Below, piece after piece: positions 39,483 to 49,039 of a DNA stretch of 64,000 nucleotides. Source of the stretch: Planctomycetota bacterium (GTDB taxonomy: Bacteria > Planctomycetota > UBA8108 > SXIK01); the NCBI GenBank assembly GCA_965223265.1, contig OZ244999.1, forward strand, positions 3,136,001-3,200,000, written 5' to 3'. How positions within the stretch are numbered: the first letter of the stretch is position 1; each line of letters starts with the position of its first letter. The position numbers and the translations under genes were made by a program. A model generated the notes under the pieces. The model was given only the letters and a program-made list of their open reading frames with translations, had not been told where the DNA came from and made no database searches.

Positions 39483-39836
39483 TCAGTTTGCCGCGCCGCT
39501 GTCGGCGGGCGTGCCTTTGAGAGCAGTTGGGACACTATACGGTGATAGCTGTCCCAGGACGTCCATGCAGGCAACCTCGTAGCGGAAATCGAGGACGAAC
39601 GCATCGTTCGTTATCGCGCCGTCACCGTTCTCCGCACGGAGAGGCTCTGCTCCTGTCTCGTAACAGTCGTACGCCTCGACGACGTAGGAGAGAATCGACC
39701 GGAGTTCCTGGATCTCAGCGATGAATCGCTCGTTGCGTTCCGCTTGTTCGGTTGCTTTGAGGCGATCTAACTTGGTTCCAAGGAAGGCGTCCATCTCCTT
39801 GAGAATCGTGACTATAGATGAGTTGCTGCTCTTCAT
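39483..39836 (-). CDS. Hypothetical small helical protein upstream of the actin-like gene
   Basis: 117-aa ATG ORF with natural composition and amphipathic helices. Stop lies ~40 bp before the actin-like start. Confidence 0.65.
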   Translation of the reverse strand: MKSSNSSIVTILKEMDAFLGTKLDRLKATEQAERNERFIAEIQELRSILSYVVEAYDCYETGAEPLRAENGDGAITNDAFVLDFRYEVACMDVLGQLSPYSVPTALKGTPADSGAAN

Positions 39837-39916
39837 CGCTTGAATCTCGTGGCGCCCAGAGGTGTGCCCGGTTTCGGTCGTTCACGCATCCGCAGCCGGC
39901 CAGCTCGCAGAGGTTA

Positions 39917-39958
39917 GAGAGGCCGGTTTTCTCGCCCGAATGACTTTTCAACGGGCTG
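39917..39958. mobile_element. Truncated MITE end, copy 3
   Basis: GAGAGGCCGGTTTTCTCGCCCGAATGACTTTTCAACGGGCTG followed by CTAA. Approximates the reverse complement of the left arm of copy 4. Confidence 0.8.
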
Positions 39959-40301
39959 CTAAGCCATCGTCACGTGCTGCAACGGCAGTGCCAACGGTGG
40001 AGGCGGGAGCATGTGAACGTGTCGGCTTTCGGCCCTATCTACCCGTCGGCGCAGCCTCTGCGGCGTTGGGCATGCGCGGACAAGTTGCACGCAGAGCTCT
40101 AGGAGGTGGCCCGCGATCGACGAGATAGTGTCTCAACGCTGGACAGGCTTTGGGCTCACAATCGCCGGAGCTGCCCGCATCGCCGCCACTGGATCGCGGA
40201 CAGGAGAGCCTGCAGCGACCAGTAGCGGTGATTCGCTCGCCCAGTGGACGAGGGCGGGAGACCTGCGTCGCGGGTAGTGGGGCGACGACGTGTGACGCGG
40301 C

Positions 40302-41282
40302 TTACGACGTGAAGACTTGAACCACGCTCGTCCTCCAGAGACGAGAGCAGTCGCGACGAAACGTCTCGTAGAACGACGGCACCGTGGCGTCGCTCGTCAC
40401 CTCAAGACAGGGAACGTCACCGTTTTGCAGAAGTGCTCGCCACGGCAAAACAAACATCGTGTCGTCAAACATCACAGCTCGCATCGTCGGCTTCTCGTTG
40501 TAGTACCGAATCTCAATTTGCGCCTCGGGCGAGCGTTCTGCGTTGATCGCCGCGATGGTGGCAACCGTCTTGTGGAGGCGCTTCATGTATGTGGCAGCCT
40601 GCATTTCCATCTCTGCAAGGACCGACTGATACACCGTCATCTGTCGGCGATCGGGGTCCATTTCTGAGCTCAAGGGGTTCAGAAGAAGCAGCGACACCGG
40701 CAAGTCAGTGGCTTTGTTGAGCAGCGGGATGAGAAGGCCTTCGGAGTTTGCTGGACCTTTGACGAGCAGCTCGTAGCCGCTCACGTCGACGACACTGATT
40801 CTCTTAGTGGCGGACGCCTTTTCGATCATTTGCGCGCTGAGGCGATTTGGCAGTTGGTTCTTGCTCAGGACCCAGACGCCTCGGAAACCGCAGCGGCTCA
40901 GCGTCGCGAAGGCTCGAAACCCCGGAAGCAACCACGAATAGGCGACGAACGATAGGACGATGAAGCTGCTGGCCAAGAATGCTAGGAGGCCGTAAAACGC
41001 TACGGTTGTGACTGAGTCGATCTCGTTGCGGATGACGGTGCCGTCGTAGATGCCGAGTCCGACAAAGACGGCCGCCGCGACGAAGAACCACATCTTCACG
41101 CAAAAGAGCGTTCGTCGAGCCGTTTCTTCGTCCGGCTGAAAGAGTGCTTGATTGGCGGTGCAAAGCACTGTCCGCCGCAGGCCGACTTGCAACAGGCCAT
41201 ACAAAGAACTCCAGCGCGTCGGGACGACCACGGTCACAAATGCGAAAGCTGCGACCAGGGCGATGGCGATCACTGCGTACAT
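40302..41282 (-). CDS. Membrane protein (3 N-terminal TM segments) with a soluble DUF5919-like C-terminal domain
   Basis: Hydrophobic N-terminal third. C-domain VSLLLLNP...IEIRYYNEKPTMRAVMFDDTMFV...SFYETF...RLW. SD AGGAGGAG. Confidence 0.7.
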   Translation of the reverse strand: MYAVIAIALVAAFAFVTVVVPTRWSSLYGLLQVGLRRTVLCTANQALFQPDEETARRTLFCVKMWFFVAAAVFVGLGIYDGTVIRNEIDSVTTVAFYGLLAFLASSFIVLSFVAYSWLLPGFRAFATLSRCGFRGVWVLSKNQLPNRLSAQMIEKASATKRISVVDVSGYELLVKGPANSEGLLIPLLNKATDLPVSLLLLNPLSSEMDPDRRQMTVYQSVLAEMEMQAATYMKRLHKTVATIAAINAERSPEAQIEIRYYNEKPTMRAVMFDDTMFVLPWRALLQNGDVPCLEVTSDATVPSFYETFRRDCSRLWRTSVVQVFTS

Positions 41283-41553
41283 ATCTCCTCCTTGCGACGT
41301 TGCTCCCCGTCGTCCTACTGCAAGGTATATGCCGCTAGCCGTCGAATGTCGTAAAGTGCTTAGCTGCTGGGAACTCTGCGGTCAGGGGCTCGACCGCCGT
41401 GGCGAGCTCCCCGCCCCTTCCTTGCCGTGGCGAACCGTTTTTTTCACGGTGGCGTCGACGGCGTCAGCATGTGGAGCCTTCCCAGCGCTGACTGACCGTA
41501 GAATCCCGGCGAATTTTGTCCGGCAGACCAAGGCGAAAAAGCCAAACTCGAGG

Positions 41554-44409
41554 TCAAGGCAGACAAGCATCGAAGCAGCCGTCGAATCGGCGACATGACA
41601 ATTCCAGCGTCGGCGCGGCGCTGCTGTCGAAAATGTGACGCAAAAGAAACAGGGCGTCGGCAAGGTCGACGGCCGAGTCCTCGTTGAGGTCGAGGCGAGA
41701 GCGATTTGCTTCGTCGCTGGAGCAGGGGCGATGTTCTGCGCCGGCGAAAAGACTGCGTAGGAGAACGACTGCATCGGTCACGTTGACGCGGCGGTCTTGA
41801 TTGATGTCGCCCGGTGCCTGGAGTCCACTTTCCAGTATTTGCGCATCGATCCACGCGGCGCGCGTCGTGACCCACGTCTTGAGATCGGCGATCAGATCTG
41901 GCCAGCCGCCGACCGGGCGAATGTTGTCCCAGCGCTCGAAGTTGCGCACCTGCGCCTCGTTGATCTCGGCAACAAGCGAATCGATGTGTGCTAAGAGATT
42001 CTCGTCCGAGGCAGGACCCTGCCGCCACTCGCGCCACCGCGACTGCGTGCGGCGCCAGAAGGCGGGATCAGAAAAGAGCCGGAACCACCACGACTGGTTC
42101 CACTTTCGCGACCAGCCCTCGGGGTTATCGAATCCGTCGGCGTGCGATACGACACCAAGTGCGATGTCGAAGTCCCAGATCGGACCCATGGACAGTTTGC
42201 CGTCTCGATCTTTGAACATGTACGTACTGAGAACGAGCGCGTCGGGGTTGCGCGCGAGTTCGATCAAAAGGAAGTGATCGATCCACGAGTCTACATCGAT
42301 GTACGACGCGTAGCCGTCCGGGTCTTCGAGACGGGATGAGCCAAGCGTCGCCGCGAACGCATCGACATAATCTTTGATCCACGCGGCCTGCGCCGTCGTG
42401 ATCTCGCTCTCCTTTGGATCGACGTACTGAATCTCGCGCCCGCCGGCGAAGAAGCCGACGTCGCCTGGGTCGCTGCGATCGATCTTCAGCAAATAGCCAC
42501 CACTTACCTCCGGTTCCGAATTCTCGAAAGGTTCGAGTTCCTCGACATCGACTCGACTCTTTCCGCGCTTGATCTTTTCCATGAACGCGTAGACACCGAG
42601 GTAGGTCTGGGAAGTCACCGTCGGGTCTCGCGTGTTGAGGAACAACTCAACGAATCTCGAACGCGGTGCGTAGCGTCCCACGGCTCGACTGAGACCGTAA
42701 ATGAACTGGTTGCGGATGAGCGTTTGGTCCGTATGCAGTGGGGGACTGAACAGAATCCAATCCGAATCCGACTCAAACCCGAGCATTGGGAAATTCGTGT
42801 CCTCTCCCTCCGAATCCCAGAGTTCGAGTGAATATTGGTTTCTTGGATCACCCTGGGAGCTCGACCCTCTGATCTTCAGTCCAGCGCTACCGACGTAGTG
42901 CGCGTTCCCCAGAGGGCGGCTGCGTCCACCGTTGTCGGTCGGGTCGACCACGACCATCAGTCCACGGGTAAATGATCGCGGTGTGACCCGATTGCCGAAC
43001 GTGCTGAAAACCACGATCGGAGTGTCGGAACTGAAGTCGACGAGCGCCAGATCGAGGATTGCGAAGTCGAAACGGACCACTGGGCTGCGAACCTGGCCGT
43101 CGACGAACGATCGTGCCGCGATGGTCGTGTTTTCCTCGATGGGAAGCGGCGCCGAATAAAGTAAGCCGTGGATCGTCGGTTCCGTTCCGTCGAGCGTGAA
43201 GCGAATCTCCGCGTTTGGCACCGAAGACGAGAGAGTGACTTCGAACGGCTCTGCATAGAGGCCGGTTTCATGCGATGAGCTGGGCGCCTCCGCGATGGTC
43301 TCGGCGCCGCGCGTGTTGTACCAGCCCGGAGATGGCGCGCCATAGAAAAGGTGTGACGTAGTGTCAATTTCGATTCGGCTCACGCTTTGAAGTTCGCAAG
43401 AGAACAGAAATGTCGGATTCACGGCTGCGGAGTTGAGGGCGTGGATGGCCAGGACGTTCTCTCCGGCGCGAAGCGATCCAAGGGCACGAGAGAGGTCGCG
43501 AGTTTGAAGCTGAAGCGCAGCCTCTGCGCCTCGTGATTTTGCTGCTTTCGAAGTTGCATTCAACGCATCTGGTGCCAGTTCGCGGAGGGCCTCTTCACCG
43601 TTGATGTAGGCGACGAAGCCGTCGTTGTATCGCAGGAGAACCTGAAGGGCTTCGAGCGTCGCGGGATCGTCGACTGTGAATGGGACACGGATAAACAGCG
43701 AGGCATTGACCCGGCGCATTTCAGCGGCAACATCCGTGGCGACGAGGTCGGCAAAGGTCGTGCTGCTTTGTTCATCGAAGCCGATCGGAGATGCGCCGAC
43801 TTGCCAATCGCTGTCGTCGAATCCGATCGTCGTCCAAGTTCGGTCCTCGCCGTCTTCGGGTGTCGGGATGCGAAACCGAACTTCATCTCCCTCCGAAACG
43901 AGAGTCGTCAATTCAGCCGACGTTTTCACTCCGTAGCTGACGTGCGAATAGAGGCGAGGGTACTCGGGGTCAAATGCAGAGCTGATGGACCCATCCGGGC
44001 GGACAAGTGCCAAATACTCTCCGCCTCGGCCGAGCTTGAAGTTCGTGTGCAACTCGCCTTCTGGATCTCTGCGGTCCTTTCCAGAGGCGAACACGACTCT
44101 ATACTCACCCGGCCCCAGGATGATCTCGGGGAGCATCCACTTTTGCGGCTCGTTCGCGCGGTCGGTCAGCGACCAGCCACCAAGTGATTCTACCGCGGTT
44201 CCGGTGTTGCCCACCTCAATCCAATCGGGGAAGTCCCCGTCGGCGTCTTGGATCGTGGCGGCATTGGCCGCCATGATCTCCGTGATGACGACGGCTGCAT
44301 CCAGCGGCTGGATCATGAGTCCGAGGAGCGCCAATGTGCCAGCCTTTCTCAAAAGACTGGTAAGCCAAGGGGCGCTCAATAGAGTTCGTTGTTGCATCGC
44401 ATGCTCCAA
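41554..44409 (-). CDS. Secreted CotH kinase family protein with lamin-tail domain, Fn3/chitobiase-like domain and dockerin-like C-terminus
   Basis: VVITEIMAAN...DWIEVGN...LGGWSLTD (LTD), IRFTLDGTEP, KIRGSSS, YLGVYAFMEKI, GGYLLKID, NPD, GPIWDFDIALG. C-terminal PGDINQDRRVNVTDAV. Confidence 0.92.
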   Translation of the reverse strand: MEHAMQQRTLLSAPWLTSLLRKAGTLALLGLMIQPLDAAVVITEIMAANAATIQDADGDFPDWIEVGNTGTAVESLGGWSLTDRANEPQKWMLPEIILGPGEYRVVFASGKDRRDPEGELHTNFKLGRGGEYLALVRPDGSISSAFDPEYPRLYSHVSYGVKTSAELTTLVSEGDEVRFRIPTPEDGEDRTWTTIGFDDSDWQVGASPIGFDEQSSTTFADLVATDVAAEMRRVNASLFIRVPFTVDDPATLEALQVLLRYNDGFVAYINGEEALRELAPDALNATSKAAKSRGAEAALQLQTRDLSRALGSLRAGENVLAIHALNSAAVNPTFLFSCELQSVSRIEIDTTSHLFYGAPSPGWYNTRGAETIAEAPSSSHETGLYAEPFEVTLSSSVPNAEIRFTLDGTEPTIHGLLYSAPLPIEENTTIAARSFVDGQVRSPVVRFDFAILDLALVDFSSDTPIVVFSTFGNRVTPRSFTRGLMVVVDPTDNGGRSRPLGNAHYVGSAGLKIRGSSSQGDPRNQYSLELWDSEGEDTNFPMLGFESDSDWILFSPPLHTDQTLIRNQFIYGLSRAVGRYAPRSRFVELFLNTRDPTVTSQTYLGVYAFMEKIKRGKSRVDVEELEPFENSEPEVSGGYLLKIDRSDPGDVGFFAGGREIQYVDPKESEITTAQAAWIKDYVDAFAATLGSSRLEDPDGYASYIDVDSWIDHFLLIELARNPDALVLSTYMFKDRDGKLSMGPIWDFDIALGVVSHADGFDNPEGWSRKWNQSWWFRLFSDPAFWRRTQSRWREWRQGPASDENLLAHIDSLVAEINEAQVRNFERWDNIRPVGGWPDLIADLKTWVTTRAAWIDAQILESGLQAPGDINQDRRVNVTDAVVLLRSLFAGAEHRPCSSDEANRSRLDLNEDSAVDLADALFLLRHIFDSSAAPTLELSCRRFDGCFDACLP

Positions 44410-44526
44410 GCGCTTGCAGAGCGATCCCCCCGAGCTACTGGCGCCATCACTCTTCTATCGTATCCACCGCGGCGCACATCAACAGCTCAAAAACGTCCGT
44501 GCACCATAGCAACCGACAAGCGACGA

Positions 44527-45672
44527 CTATATGGCCGATGCGCTCAGGCGCATTCCCCCGGTGAACTTCTCGACCGCATCGCAGTTCCACTGGTACCCAA
44601 GACCAGGTCCGTCGGGAATGCAGATGCAGCCGTTGGCGTCGAACTCGACGGGCGTTGCGAGCAACTCTTCGACGTAGGGAGCCGGTGTGATGTACTCCAC
44701 CCAGCGAGCGTTGCCAGCGGCGGCGACCAGCTGGAGATCGGCGGCAAGGCCCACTGCAGTGTTCCAGCCGTGCGGTACGAACAGGATCGAGTGGTCGTCC
44801 GCGCACTGGGCAATACGGTGTTCCTCCGTGATGCCACCCACCTTAGTAACATCCGGCTGGATGTAGTCGACGGCCCGGCGTTCGATCCACTCCAGAAAGC
44901 TTTGGCGCCGCGTCAGCACTTCGCAGCTAGCGATGGGTACTGGAGAATGTTCGGTCAGGCGAATGTACCCCTCGATGTCGTCGGGGCGGAGCGCCTCTTC
45001 GAACCAAGCCACGTCGTAGTCGCTGAGCATGCGGGCAGTGTTGATGGCCCACTTGTAGCCATGCGGCCAGAAACCGTCTGAGCCACCTGCGTCCACCATG
45101 AGCTCGCAATCGGGGCCGATCGTCTCGCGTGCGGCTTTCACGATCGCTTCGTCCATCTGACGGCTGCGACGCCCGAATGGTCCCCAACCGATCTTGAACG
45201 CCTTGAATCCGCGCGCCAGCGCTGCTTCGAGGCGCTGCGACATCTCCGGCGGCTCTGCCATCAGGAGCGACCCGTAGGGCTTGGCGGTGTGCCGTAGCCG
45301 GCCGCCGAGTAAGCGGCTGATCGGTTGTCCCGTCACTTTTCCGAGTATGTCCCATAGTGCGACGTCGATGCCGGAAATCGCGTGCGTGACGGCGCCGCCG
45401 CGTCCTTGCCAGAACGACTGCTGATGGAGAGTTTCAGAGGTGGCAGCAGGATCCAGCGCGGAAGCACCGATCAGGAACGGCCGCACGACGTCGAGCGCCC
45501 CTTGAATGAGCTGGGCCGACGTGAACACGCTGCCGACGCCGGTGACGCCTTCGTCGGTCATCACCTCGACCAGAGTGTGGAGGTTGTTCTCCGAATCGAG
45601 GAACTTGCTGTCCCAACCGCCGTCTGGGGTCGCGCCTCTGAGTGGGAGAAGGCGCACGTCTTGTATCTTCAT
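44527..45672 (-). CDS. Mandelate racemase/muconate lactonizing enzyme family (enolase superfamily), probable sugar-acid dehydratase
   Basis: AISGIDVALWDILGK, FKAFKIG, LMVDA, WFEE, CE, IQPDVTKVGGITE, VPHGW, PDGPGLG. Confidence 0.93.
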   Translation of the reverse strand: MKIQDVRLLPLRGATPDGGWDSKFLDSENNLHTLVEVMTDEGVTGVGSVFTSAQLIQGALDVVRPFLIGASALDPAATSETLHQQSFWQGRGGAVTHAISGIDVALWDILGKVTGQPISRLLGGRLRHTAKPYGSLLMAEPPEMSQRLEAALARGFKAFKIGWGPFGRRSRQMDEAIVKAARETIGPDCELMVDAGGSDGFWPHGYKWAINTARMLSDYDVAWFEEALRPDDIEGYIRLTEHSPVPIASCEVLTRRQSFLEWIERRAVDYIQPDVTKVGGITEEHRIAQCADDHSILFVPHGWNTAVGLAADLQLVAAAGNARWVEYITPAPYVEELLATPVEFDANGCICIPDGPGLGYQWNCDAVEKFTGGMRLSASAI

Positions 45673-46026
45673 GAGGCACACTCGATGGGTTTTGTAGAGG
45701 GTCGGTAGAGTACCGTGGCGTGCAGTTCAGTGCCACCGCGATTAGCGAAGGATCGTGGACTCCTTTGGCCAGCGTCGACCGCGGCGGCGCAGGGGTCGCT
45801 AGAGCCCCATAACGTCGTCCCAAATTGGAACCGAGTGGTCGTGCGGAGGACACGGGTTGGAAGTTCTCCTCGTTGGCAGGAGGAATGGCCAATAGTTAGG
45901 TCGATGGCACAGTTTCTGCCACGTGTTTGGTATTTCTCCGACGACCCGCTCGTGGGCCAGGTCAAATCCATTGGCGCCGATTTCCCGCCGTGACGGGCAG
46001 GCCCAATCGCCAAGACAAGAGGAGCT

Positions 46027-46473
46027 ATGGAAAACTTAACGCCGCTTTGGGGACAACTCGAAGCCGAGGCTCTCGTTCTCAGTAGCGAAGCGGAATCCTT
46101 GCCGCTCGTAATCAACGCGTTCGAGGCTCGTCTGGCCGGGTTCGATCTGGGGATCGAAAGCCGCATCGAACTCGCTCATCGTGAAGTCTCCGGGTTTCGC
46201 GATGAAGTCGACGTTCAGGACGTGACCACCTTCCTGCGCTTTTGCTGGGCCAACGGGCAGTGGGGTCTTTGGGTGCAAGAAGTCTGCTCGGACGGGGAGA
46301 GGCAACCGGTATTGGAAGGTCCGATCCGCCGGCTCGCTGACTGCCCACGCAACGTCCAAATCGATGCGATCTCCCGTTTCTCGGCACTCCTCACTAGCCT
46401 TGAGCGTGAAGCGCAATCGAAGACGAAGACCATTCGGTCGGCGAAGACGCAGCTCGGGATGGGCTCAGCGTAA
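46027..46473 (+). CDS. Hypothetical protein
   Basis: 148-aa ATG ORF with strong SD AGAGGAG and helical N- and C-termini. Confidence 0.7.
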   Translation: MENLTPLWGQLEAEALVLSSEAESLPLVINAFEARLAGFDLGIESRIELAHREVSGFRDEVDVQDVTTFLRFCWANGQWGLWVQEVCSDGERQPVLEGPIRRLADCPRNVQIDAISRFSALLTSLEREAQSKTKTIRSAKTQLGMGSA

Positions 46474-46534
46474 GACAGAGACCGCCAACTGCTGGCGTCT
46501 CGAAAACTCCCCCGCTATTGCAGGGAGCTCGCTT

Positions 46535-48880
46535 CTACTCGCACGGTGGGAAGCTAGTGCAGCTCAAATCGTCGCTTGTCGGATCGAAGCCGCATTCCGT
46601 AAATGGCGGACCTGGCGCCTCGCCGCTGACGAAGAGGTGGTTGAGGAGGAAGACCGCGGCGGCGAGATCAAGAACGCCGTCGTCGTTGGTGTCTGCCGAC
46701 TTTAGGCAGGACGGTTCCTCGCCGCTGGCGAACAGGTGCTTGAGCGTAAAGATGGGATCGCTGAGGTCAACGACCGCATCGGCGTTGGAATCACCTCGCC
46801 GGAATCTCGTGGTCTGACCACACTGAGCGGCACACTCGGGGTCAGCGCAGTCGACCAGAAGATCACCATCGTCGTCGAAGCCGTTGTCGCAGATCTCGAT
46901 GCTTTCACTCGTGCAAGGGAACTCGGTCAGAGGGCGTTGACGACCATGAAAGATCCAGTCCGGGAAGAACTCAGGGACGCTCGTGATGCGTTCCCCTTCG
47001 ATCTCGAGACCGAGGGAGAAACCCCAAGTGTCGGAGGCGATGGCGGCGTCAGATGCGTTGAAAGTGCCGACGAGAATGCGATGCATGCCAGGGACAATCG
47101 TGGCGTTTGCTGTGTATTCGCAGACCTCGCGGACACCACATTGATTGCGATTGAACACGAGTTGGTCGTCAATCCACACCTGGCCGCCATCGTCGAACGC
47201 CATGCAGAGTCCGATCTCGACGGGGTCGCGACCAGTGTATTCGATGTAGGTAGCGGCAAAGCTGACAGCGCCTTCCGGCTCAAGAAAACCAGGATCGCGC
47301 GTCAGGTCGGTGTCGCCGGTGTCAGGGGTGTCGTCATTGAGAAGACGCCAAAACGGCAATTCGTCCTCGGCGGTCGGACCGATGTAGCCAAACGAAACCG
47401 CCTCGTCCGGCGAGTAGCCGATGCGGTCGCCAAGGCGTGGGTACTGGCATTCGATGCGCGTGGGCGCAACGTAGTTGCGTAGTAGGTCGGAGTCGCGCTC
47501 GCGGCCGTTGCATTGGATGGTCTGAGTGAATGGACCCAGAACGAGCCAATTTTTGGTCGCGATGAAGCCGCTCTCATCGGTGCGCTCGGGGTGGCAGCAG
47601 TCGATTTCGGCGGCTTCGTTCTCGATGCACACTTCGTTGAGTGGCGTCGGTAGGTCCCCGCGAGCGAAAACCGTCGACGTGGTATTCCCCGGGACGGTGC
47701 GAGCGAGATCACCGTTGATGAAAATCGAGAGTACCTGTTCGCTGTCGGCATTGAGGGGGTTGCGCCACTGTAGCTCGATCCCTCCGTCGGGCCGGCGCAG
47801 ACACCGGTCGATCGAAACTGGATCCAGGCGCTTTAGGCGACAGCAATCCGAAAGACCGCTCGCATTCAAGACGCAAAGTTCGAACTCTCCATTTGCAGGA
47901 AGTTCACGGTTTGCCACAACGGCGGTCGTCGCGTCACCTGCCACTGACATCACCTCGCGTTCGTCGATGCGAATCGAGATGCCTTGGTTGGCGGCCGCCC
48001 CATCGGGGTTGCGCCAATTCACCGCGAGGTTGCCGGTGCGCTGCATTTGACAACCTTCTAAGGTGACGGGGAAGACGACACGCGAGCAGTTTGGCTCGAC
48101 GAGACCGTCTGGGCGCGAGATGCCATGGAACGTCCAACCCGGAGTTGAATCAGTGATCGGGACGCCACGGCGACGCAGTCCGAAGGTCACTCCCCAAGAC
48201 TCTCTGCCGCCGATCGATGCCACTGCCACGCGGTGCACTCCAGGAGTTACGCGCATGGCTCTGATGTTTTGACAGAGCTCACGTCGTCGGCACTCGATGT
48301 TGTTCAGTACGAGCTCGCGGTCCCACCAGAGCTGCGCACCGTCGTCGGCGCCAACGCAAAGTTCGACGTCGATCGGCTCGGCTCCAGAGTACTCGACATA
48401 AGTCACGAGCCAACTCACCACGTCGGCACACTGATGGTCCTCACCGCGACCGCATCGATAGCCCGTATCGGCGTTCAGATTGTTGTCGCCGTTGTCGCTG
48501 CCGTCATCGAATTGACGCCAGAGCGGCAAGAAACTGTCACTGAGCGGGCCAATGTACTCGATCGAAGCAGCCTCGAATGGGTCATAGTCTGCTTCGTCAC
48601 CAAGTCGAGGAAAAGCACATGGGATGGCCGTAGGGGCGACAAAGTTCTGCATCAGTGCGTCGGCCGAGTCGCTGCACGCGACCGCATGGCGAAACGGTCC
48701 GAGAACGAGCCATTGACTGGAATGAATCAACCCATCACCGTCGACGACCTGCTGCGCGTTGGCTGGCGGTCCAAAGAATGTGGTCGCACAACCGAGAGCG
48801 ACTGCGATCAGTAGCGTTCGTCGATTCGGCCGCCCCCGGCGTTCGTGCTGCAGCGTCGCTCTCTTCTCTCTTGCTGACAT
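46535..48880 (-). CDS. Secreted Cys-rich protein with two PA14-like modules, two Ig/Fn3-like modules and a C-terminal dockerin-like module
   Basis: Duplicated WLVLGPF...PRLGD...YIGP...DDGxQxWxD...PGxHR units. Duplicated WRNP modules. EICDNGFDDDGDLLVDCADPEC. RFRRGDSNADAVVDLSD. Start uncertain (ORF open to 49012). Confidence 0.8.
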   Translation of the reverse strand: MSAREKRATLQHERRGRPNRRTLLIAVALGCATTFFGPPANAQQVVDGDGLIHSSQWLVLGPFRHAVACSDSADALMQNFVAPTAIPCAFPRLGDEADYDPFEAASIEYIGPLSDSFLPLWRQFDDGSDNGDNNLNADTGYRCGRGEDHQCADVVSWLVTYVEYSGAEPIDVELCVGADDGAQLWWDRELVLNNIECRRRELCQNIRAMRVTPGVHRVAVASIGGRESWGVTFGLRRRGVPITDSTPGWTFHGISRPDGLVEPNCSRVVFPVTLEGCQMQRTGNLAVNWRNPDGAAANQGISIRIDEREVMSVAGDATTAVVANRELPANGEFELCVLNASGLSDCCRLKRLDPVSIDRCLRRPDGGIELQWRNPLNADSEQVLSIFINGDLARTVPGNTTSTVFARGDLPTPLNEVCIENEAAEIDCCHPERTDESGFIATKNWLVLGPFTQTIQCNGRERDSDLLRNYVAPTRIECQYPRLGDRIGYSPDEAVSFGYIGPTAEDELPFWRLLNDDTPDTGDTDLTRDPGFLEPEGAVSFAATYIEYTGRDPVEIGLCMAFDDGGQVWIDDQLVFNRNQCGVREVCEYTANATIVPGMHRILVGTFNASDAAIASDTWGFSLGLEIEGERITSVPEFFPDWIFHGRQRPLTEFPCTSESIEICDNGFDDDGDLLVDCADPECAAQCGQTTRFRRGDSNADAVVDLSDPIFTLKHLFASGEEPSCLKSADTNDDGVLDLAAAVFLLNHLFVSGEAPGPPFTECGFDPTSDDLSCTSFPPCE

Positions 48881-49039
48881 GGGTACTATCCTACTCGAAG
48901 GACGCGTCCAGGTCATAACTCCGAACGTCTTTGAAGTGCTCAAGCGGTTCTTTGTGTCTGTTCTGTAGCCGACCAGTCTTGGCGTCGGCCGGGTTCTGAC
49001 TTCATCGCGCATGCTTGGTCGTCTCTAGCTTGCTTGTAC

